A stretch of 64,000 bases of DNA, taken from positions 384,001 through 448,000 of the forward strand of contig CAWCBP010000001.1 in NCBI GenBank assembly GCA_963793865.1, given 5' to 3'. Source of the DNA: an uncultured delta proteobacterium. GTDB lineage: Bacteria; Desulfobacterota; WTBG01. The position numbers and the translations under genes were made by a program. Below the pieces are notes generated by a model, which was given only the letters and a program-made list of their open reading frames with translations, had not been told where the DNA came from and did not search any database. Of the stretch, positions 56,936 through 64,000 are shown piece by piece; within the stretch, counting starts at the first letter, position 1; every line of letters starts with the position of its first letter.

Positions 56936-58785
56936 CTATCCTTTGATAATAGTGTCCAACCCCAGCTCCTGCAGCTTCTCCCTCGAAGGCCGGCCTGTGC
57001 GGGGATCCCATCCCATTGTTCCGCAGTACTCGGAGACCATGGTTTTGGCGTCGATGGTAATTCCCTGCAGCGGTCCTGCCGCCAGCGGCGGATCACCGAT
57101 CATTCTACCGGGCATCTTCCAGTCCGCAAATGAGATGCCCTCCCGCAAATTGAAGGCCATCCGCATGTTGGCAATCCGCTCCCCGGCAGTGAGCAGATCA
57201 TCCAGGGTGCGGCTCTCGCCGGTCACGCACTCCATGAATTGCTGTATCATCGGCACCCCGTAGACCATGAGGGCAAAGTAGCAGATGCCGGTCGCGTTTA
57301 CCACATGGGTGAGGTTGCTCATGAAGCGATGCATGTCGCCCTTGCCGGTGAAGCGGTATTTTTCCACCTGGCCGAAGGGGACACCGGGAATCATGAATCC
57401 GCTCTCCGGGAAGGCCGAGCCTCCCTGCATGTGACGGGCGGGCGTCGCGTCGGCGGCATAGGCGGTGGCGTATCCCGGGGTGTTGCGAGGATCGTGCATG
57501 GGGAGTTCCTGTCCTCCCAGATGCATGGCATACCGCTCAGCCCCCTTGCCGATCTTCTCTGACGCCCTGCGCACGCCATCGGCGAGGAGCGCCCCGAAGC
57601 CTTCCCGTCGCGCTATCTTCTCGGTGAGGGCCACGATGGCCTGATGGTCCCCCCAGGTCAGCTCAATGCCGCCGGTGTCATCTTTGCCCACGATGCCGTT
57701 TTGGTAACATTCGATGGCAAAGGCGACCGAGGCCCCGGTGGAAATGGTGTCGAGACCGGCGCGGTTGCAGATATCATTAATTTTTATAATGGACTCAAGA
57801 TTGTCATTCAAACAAAGGGCGCCGAAAGCGCACAAGGTCTCGTATTCAGGCTTGTGGGTTTCACAGGCATAGGGGGACGAGTCGACGGTGACTTCTCCGC
57901 CGCAGGCGATGGGGCATCCGAAGCAGGCGTACTTCTTTTTCTGACGCGCAATCACGCTCCCGTCGCTGACAGCGGCCGCGTTGGGAAAATCCTCCCCGTC
58001 CCGCCCCAGTTTTTAACCGGCGATTCGCCGCTGGCCGCAAACATGGCGGTAACGCCGCAGGTGCCCAGGCCCGAGAAGAGTTGAAAGGTGGGGCTGTTCT
58101 TTCCGTCGGCAATGAGTTTCTGCCGCAGATTCCTGGCGGCTTCCTCCTGCGCGACCGGTATGGCGCCTGTTCCCTTTACCACCACCGCCTTCAGCCGCTT
58201 GGAGCCCATGAGCGCGCCCAGGCCGGATCGCGCCGCGGCGCGCCACTTGTCGTTGATGATACAGGAAATCAATGAGCATTTTTCTCCCGCGGGCCCGATG
58301 CCTGCAACGCGGATATCCAGCCCCAGCTCTTCTTTCATCCGGTCTTCCATCTGATTGGTGTCCAGGCCGGCATATGGCCTGGCATCCCGCAGCTCGGCCT
58401 TGCCGTCAGCGATAAAGAGATATGTCCAGGTGCCGGCCGCTCCTTCAAAAAAGACGCCGTCATATCCCGCCTTTTTCAACGCCGGTCCGAAGAATCCGCC
58501 GGAGTTGGCATCTCCCCAGGCCCCGGTGAGCGGCGATTTGCCCATCACCGTGTAGCGGGATGAGCTGATGGCCGGTGTCCCGGTCAGGGGGCCCGTCGCG
58601 AAACCCAGAATGTTTGCCGGGTCAAAAGGAGGCAGCTTCGGCTTTTGCCTCTCGTAAATGAGCCGTGCACCCAAACCATAGCCGCCAAGGAATCGGCGGT
58701 AGAGATCCGGATCCGGTTTCATGGTTTCGATTGCGCCTTTGGAAAGATCAACCCAAAGCAGCTTTCCGACAATACCACCTTTCAT
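56936..58785 (-). CDS. Aldehyde:ferredoxin oxidoreductase family protein 2, frameshifted near 57995
   Basis: ORF 57952..58785 (KSPLTG, AGYD, IGPAGE, MGSKRLKA) joins ORF 56936..57955 (CFGCPIAC, PEYET, GLDTIS, PMHDPR); adding one G to a G-run restores the frame. Confidence 0.92.
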
Positions 58786-58873
58786 AGAGGACCTCCTGAT
58801 TGCGATGTGGGATCATTTCGCTCTCTTCTTGCTTGACTATATATTTTTAAGTGGTAAGTATCAAACAAAAAAA

Positions 58874-58952
58874 TGTGCGATCTGCGATGTGAGGTGTGGG
58901 GTATGAGGTACAAGTGTCTGTGTCTTTATCCCGTATCACACATCGCATACCA
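58874..58952. repeat. Degenerate heptamer array with inverted partner
   Basis: TGCGATCTGCGATGTGAGGTGTGGGGTATGAGGTA versus TATCCCGTATCACACATCGCATA. Confidence 0.55.
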
Positions 58953-59043
58953 GGCAGTGGATATCTCAGATTGCCCTGGTGTCGTGTTCCAGAAATAACC
59001 TATTATAAAAAATACCATAAACCGAACCACAGGGGACACAACC

Positions 59044-60495
59044 ATGATCTATGACGTTGTGATTGTCGGCGCGGGTTCCAATGGCTCTACGGCTGCATAC
59101 TTTCTGGCCAAGCGAGGATTCAAAACCCTGCTGATCGAGTCAGGAAGGACGCCGGGGGATAAATGCCACGGGGCGACCGAATATGCCCCGGGGGTGATCT
59201 TCCACAGTCGCAAAGAGCTGGTTGCCCTGATGCTCAGGGTGCTTAAGCAAATACCCCATCTGCATCCGGGGGACCTGGGGTCGGCCCACTCCTATTATTA
59301 TGTCAACGGCGAGAACAAGGTTGTCTTCAAATCCTGCGTGTTTGCCCCCGGCACAACCGGCAAGGAAGAGAGCTACGGGGTCAACAACCAGGATTTCGTG
59401 CGGGTGCTGACCGAAGAGGCGGTGAAGGCGGGCGCCGAACTCAAGAACGGTACCACGGTGGTTGATCTCATCCGCGAGGGAGACGGCATCGGCGGCGTGG
59501 TGACAGAAGGCGGTGAGAAGATACGGGCGCGCCTCACCTTCGCCGCGGACGGCAGGTTATCCTCGGTCGCCAAGATGGCGGACCTGCTCGACAAGTGGGA
59601 CCCCAACGTGTGCTGCTACCAGTATGGCGAAGCCTGGAAGTTCAGATCCGAAGAGGAGATGTTTGACTATGTGGAGCACGCGCGGCACATGTTTTTCGGG
59701 CCCACCCTCACTCCGCCGAAACCCTGGGGCGCCTGTACCATATCGCTGCGGCCGGGAGGCATTGCAACGGTAAATGCGCCCACCAGCTGGACGCCCTTAA
59801 GCTCCATGGTCAGCGCCGGGAAAAATTCCCGCAGCGTGTACATGCGCCGGCTGTACAGCATCATGGAGGTGCGCCGGATGCTGCGCCCGTGCGAGGGGTT
59901 CCCCGACCGGCCGATGCAGCGCCAGTCCACCTTTTTGCCGGGCCCGCCACTCAAGAAGCCATATAAGAAGGGGCTTATCATCTGCGGCGATGCCGGCGCC
60001 GTCGGCGGCATATGCGGGGCGGGTGAACGCGCCGCTCAGTATGTCATTCCCCTGCTGGAACGGAATGATCTCTCGGAGGAAGTCCTGGCGGGATTTGCCG
60101 CGGCGCGCTTCCCCTGGGGTGTGGATCGCGACCAGGGCAAGTCGGAGAAAAACCGGCCCACCAAGGAGCTTTCCGAAGTGAGCCCCACCCGCATCGTCCA
60201 TTGGAGCGCGGGCGCCGGCTATGTCGAGAAATTCAACTGCAGCATGGAGGAGATGGTGGAGAACATGCGGCTGGCCGCAGTGCCTCATGTCATGGGCACG
60301 CCGAGTCCGGAGAAGTGCGGCGAGTTCGGCTACGTGGAGATGGGGGCGTGGCTTATCGCGGTCAAGATAAACCACCTGCTTTCATTGTACGGCCCGATAC
60401 TGCAGGATCCGGCCATGTTCCCGCGAATCCTCAAGTGGGTTCAGAAAAACCAGGAGTCATTTAACCGGAACCGGGTGTTTGATCATCCGTTTTGA
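59044..60495 (+). CDS. FAD-dependent oxidoreductase, FixC/geranylgeranyl-reductase-like
   Basis: YDVVIVGAGSNG, PGDKCHG, FAADG, CGDAG; followed by a ferredoxin, as in fixCX. Confidence 0.82.
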   Translation: MIYDVVIVGAGSNGSTAAYFLAKRGFKTLLIESGRTPGDKCHGATEYAPGVIFHSRKELVALMLRVLKQIPHLHPGDLGSAHSYYYVNGENKVVFKSCVFAPGTTGKEESYGVNNQDFVRVLTEEAVKAGAELKNGTTVVDLIREGDGIGGVVTEGGEKIRARLTFAADGRLSSVAKMADLLDKWDPNVCCYQYGEAWKFRSEEEMFDYVEHARHMFFGPTLTPPKPWGACTISLRPGGIATVNAPTSWTPLSSMVSAGKNSRSVYMRRLYSIMEVRRMLRPCEGFPDRPMQRQSTFLPGPPLKKPYKKGLIICGDAGAVGGICGAGERAAQYVIPLLERNDLSEEVLAGFAAARFPWGVDRDQGKSEKNRPTKELSEVSPTRIVHWSAGAGYVEKFNCSMEEMVENMRLAAVPHVMGTPSPEKCGEFGYVEMGAWLIAVKINHLLSLYGPILQDPAMFPRILKWVQKNQESFNRNRVFDHPF

Positions 60496-60506
60496 GGAGG
60501 TTGTTT

Positions 60507-60750
60507 ATGAGCGAATGGATTTCCACGCCGGTCACCATTATTGAAATTGATGACGGAAAAATGCACGGGATGCGGCAGCTGCGTGATCATCTGCGGCGGC
60601 GAGGTGTTTGAGATGCGGGAGGGCAAGGCGGCCGTCGCCCGCAGGGAGGGGTGCCTGGAGTGCGGGAACTGCGAGGTGGTGTGCAGCGCCGATGCGCTGC
60701 GCGTCCGCGTACCCGCAGGCGGCACCGGCATCATTTACCAGTGCGGGTAG
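60507..60750 (+). CDS. FixX-like 2x[4Fe-4S] ferredoxin, frameshifted near 60555
   Basis: GGAGG RBS then ATG 60507 (MSEWISTPVTIIEIDD); CTGCGSCVIIC, CLECGNCEVVC, terminal GTGIIYQCG. Confidence 0.85.
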
Positions 60751-60764
60751 TTGAGGGCAGAGCG

Positions 60765-60910
60765 TGATGCCGGATACATGATGCACGATCCAGGATGCAA
60801 GAAAATGCGGCCTCACTGACCCTGTACCCTTAACCCTGCCACCTGTTTTTTTAACCACGAAGCACACGAAGAAAGAGAAAAGCACGAAGGGCACGAAGAG
60901 AAATACTATC
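60765..60910. repeat. Mosaic intergenic repeat element, copy 5
   Basis: GATGCA/GATACA heptamers, GACCCTGTACCCTTAACCCTGCC, a T-run, then a CACGAAG array; same order as 19616-19873. Confidence 0.8.
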
Positions 60911-60939
60911 TCGAAAGAAATGCCGTGAAGGAGGAACAT

Positions 60940-61678
60940 ATGGACGGAAGGGGACTAACAAAATTCTGCTATGAAACGCTGGCGCGGGAGGTAAAGCTGG
61001 AAAAGGTGCCCGGGCTTGACGACGTGGCACAGGTAAAACTGCTCAGCGGGGAAGACGGCGGCGGTATTCAGGCGTATCGGGGAGACCGGATTGACAAGGT
61101 GACGCTGGTAGATTTGAGGTTCGGCGGCGGCATCCCGGTGCCCCATCATGACCATAAGCTCGCGATCGGCTCAGAGGTATTTCAGATACTCCCGGATCTG
61201 ACCTACAAGATGCCCATCTGGGGCATCAACTCTATCGTCATGAAGGATGGAACTTACCACTTCGATACCGATTTCACCTTCGGCTTCGACCTGGTCATGG
61301 ATTATCAGTTCGCCATGAAATACTTGGAGCCGTTCAGCGCCGTCTCTAAAAAATTTTGGAACCATAAAGATTTCAAGCGGGTCAACCTGGACGATTTCAC
61401 GACGTGGGTGAGGACCTATATTTCGCCGGCGTTTGTCATGGTCGCGCACCCGGGTTGAAAACGTTTCCACCGTGTATGAACTGTGCACCGAATTCATCAA
61501 GTGCTGGCTCGCCATGTACCGCGAGGCCGAGAAAAGGGATGAAGGATTTAAGCAGGAGCAGCTCAAACGAATAAAAGCCCAGTACGGAGGCATGCAGCAG
61601 ACCGACCGGATGGGAAAAGTTATCATGAATGCCTATGGCCAGGAAACCTTTGCCAAATTTTTTAAGGCCATGCTGTAG
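60940..61678 (+). CDS. Ferredoxin-dependent bilin reductase / RCC-reductase-like protein 2, frameshifted near 61445
   Basis: ILPDLTYKMPIWG, DLVMDYQFAMKY, WVRTYISP (RCCR-like), then FIKCWL..DRMGKVIMNAYGQE in ORF 61433..61678; colinear with 56007..56714. Confidence 0.62.
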
Positions 61679-61692
61679 ATTCATAACCATAA

Positions 61693-61762
61693 GGGGGACG
61701 CCCTTAAAATTCTAAAATTCATTATTGATGCCCAGAAACTTAGAAATTTAAGGGCGTCCCCC
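61693..61762. repeat. 23-bp inverted repeat (1 mismatch) with a 24-bp loop
   Basis: GGGGGACGCCCTTAAAATTCTAA ... TTAGAAATTTAAGGGCGTCCCCC directly after the stop at 61678. Confidence 0.8.
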
Positions 61763-62099
61763 CCCCTGCGCCTCACAGCTGGTGGCGCGACGGGGAATTT
61801 TTTTCCGCTCACATTCTGCTGCCTGTATTCAAGCCTTTTGCTCTTACGCTGAAGCATGGGTTCTCCTTCCTGGAGTCATGCCATTGCGGACGCAACGGAG
61901 TGCGTCCCTCCATCCCTGATATCCCAAAAAAATCACACAAATGTAATGGTTCGTTTTGTCCACCATCACATTGCAGTTCACGCCTGCCCAAAAAAATCCT
62001 CCTGCCCCTGATCCCGCTGCGCCTCGTTCCGGTAAAATCGTTTGACAAGGCGCGGCTTGTACGTTACATATTAACAATTCTGCTTTCGGAGAAAGGTGT

Positions 62100-62309
62100 A
62101 TGAAAGGATCAATCACCATTAATCAGGAACTGTGCAAGGGCTGCCTGCTCTGCGCATCGTTCTGCCCCAGGAAATCCCTCTCGCAGTCCGGTACACTCAA
62201 TCGCAAGGGATACCTTGTGGCCGCGTTTGATGCAGAGAACGGGTGCACGGGCTGCGCGACCTGCGCCCTGGTCTGCCCGGAGATTGCCATCGAGGTCTAC
62301 CGTGAATAA
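62100..62309 (+). CDS. 2-oxoacid:ferredoxin oxidoreductase delta subunit (2x[4Fe-4S])
   Basis: CKGCLLCASFCP, CTGCATCALVCPEIAIEV. Confidence 0.92.
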   Translation: MKGSITINQELCKGCLLCASFCPRKSLSQSGTLNRKGYLVAAFDAENGCTGCATCALVCPEIAIEVYRE

Positions 62310-63374
62310 GCAGCTCATGAGCGGCACCAGCGCCATCGGTGAGGCGGCAATCCAGGCGGGATGCAGGTTTTACTTCGGCTACCCCATCACCCCTCAGAAT
62401 GAATTGCCCGAGTACATGGCAAAGCGGCTGGCCGAGGTGCCGGGAGGCGTGTTCATTCAGGCGGAAAGCGAAATCGGGGCCATCAACATGGTCCTGGGCG
62501 CAAGCGCGGTGGGCGGCCGGGCCATGACTTCATCCAGCAGCCCGGGGATGAGTTTGAAGCAGGAGGGAATTTCCTACCTGGCCGGCCAGGAGCTGCCCGC
62601 GGTCATCGTGAACGTGGTGCGCGGGGGGCCCGGTCTCGGGTCCATCTATTCCGCCCAGTCGGACTATTTCCAGGCAACCCGCGGCGGCGGGCACGGTGAT
62701 TACCGCACCATCGTGCTGGCCCCGGCCTCGGTGCAGGAGCTCGCGGACATGACGGCCGAAGCCTTTGATCTGGCCGATACCTACCGAACGCCGGTCATCG
62801 TGCTGGCGGACGGGGTGCTGGGGCAGATGATGGAGCCGGTCAAGATACCCGCGCCCCGCAAGGAAGGTGAGCGGGACCTGGATTATATCCTGACCGGTGC
62901 CAAGGGGAGACCATCCAAAGCCATTCATTCCTTCAGAATGGACCCGCAGGACCAGGAGGAGCACAACTGGAAGCTGATGAGAAAATACAAGCTCATCGAG
63001 CAGCGCGAGATCCGCCATGAGACCTATTTGCTGGATGATGCACAACTGGTGGTGATTGCATACGGCACGGCCGCCCGCATCGCCAAGGGGGCCATCAAGC
63101 GGATGCGAAAGGAGAACATGAAGGTGGGGATGATTCGCCCCAGGACGCTCTGGCCCTTTCCGGCGCAGATCATCAAGGATACGGCAAAGCACATCCGTGA
63201 TTTTTTTGTTTTTGAGATGAGCGCGGGTCAGATGATTGAGGATGTGAAGCTGGCGCTGGAAGGAAAAGGCACGGTTCATTTCTACGGGAGGCCGGGCGGC
63301 GTTCTGCCGGCGCCCATTGAGCTCTACCGGATAATTACCAGGCATTACCTGCAGTCGCAAAGGAAGCGCAAGAC

Positions 63375-63378
<4 letters not shown>
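62302..63378 (+). CDS. 2-oxoacid:ferredoxin oxidoreductase alpha subunit (VorB-like)
   Basis: GYPITPQ, QAESE, TSSSSPGMSLKQE, RGGPGLG, EMSAGQM. Confidence 0.93.

Positions 63379-64000
<622 letters not shown>

Noticed and set aside
58786..59043. Moco/tungsten-cofactor riboswitch upstream of AOR2
   Set aside because: I could not identify the expected conserved structure; an Infernal search against Rfam would settle it.

Overview
64 kb from an anaerobic, deltaproteobacterial-type (Desulfobacterota-like) genome; the taxonomy is inferred from gene content only. (1) 0.1-16 kb is a surface-glycan modification region: three paralogous ~730-aa GT-C-like membrane proteins, a fourth GT-C/PMT-like gene, GT2, GT4, a methyltransferase, an OafA-like acyltransferase, a sulfatase-like enzyme and a dockerin-like/DUF1566 protein. 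(2) 16-36.7 kb is mostly housekeeping (nfo, AsmA family, thiouridylase-like, ffh-rpsP-khpA-trmD-rplS-rnhB-yraN with no rimM, ald, mtaB, DUF1015, TrmN6-like, DUF721, PilZ), with two more sulfatase-like genes interspersed. (3) 36.8-42.5 kb encodes a repeat lipoprotein and small flavin/Cys-rich redox proteins. (4) 42.6-52.3 kb is a kdpFABC locus with a split sensor (KdpD-N/USP probably fused to PTS-IIA, plus a separate kinase) and a sigma-54 activator with visible candidate promoter and enhancer sites. (5) 52.4-64 kb is the most unusual region: three proteins that look like members of the bilin-reductase/RCCR/HemF fold, each next to an oxidoreductase (two AOR-family enzymes, a FixCX-like pair), followed by a 2-oxoacid:ferredoxin oxidoreductase operon. 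This is a candidate undescribed anaerobic tetrapyrrole or heteroaromatic redox pathway. Intergenic DNA carries ordered mosaics of short tandem repeats, REP-like palindromes and a two-copy MITE. Many genes have single-base frameshifts that look like assembly errors. No tRNA, rRNA, CRISPR array or transposase was recognised. All family calls are by motif recognition, not database search.
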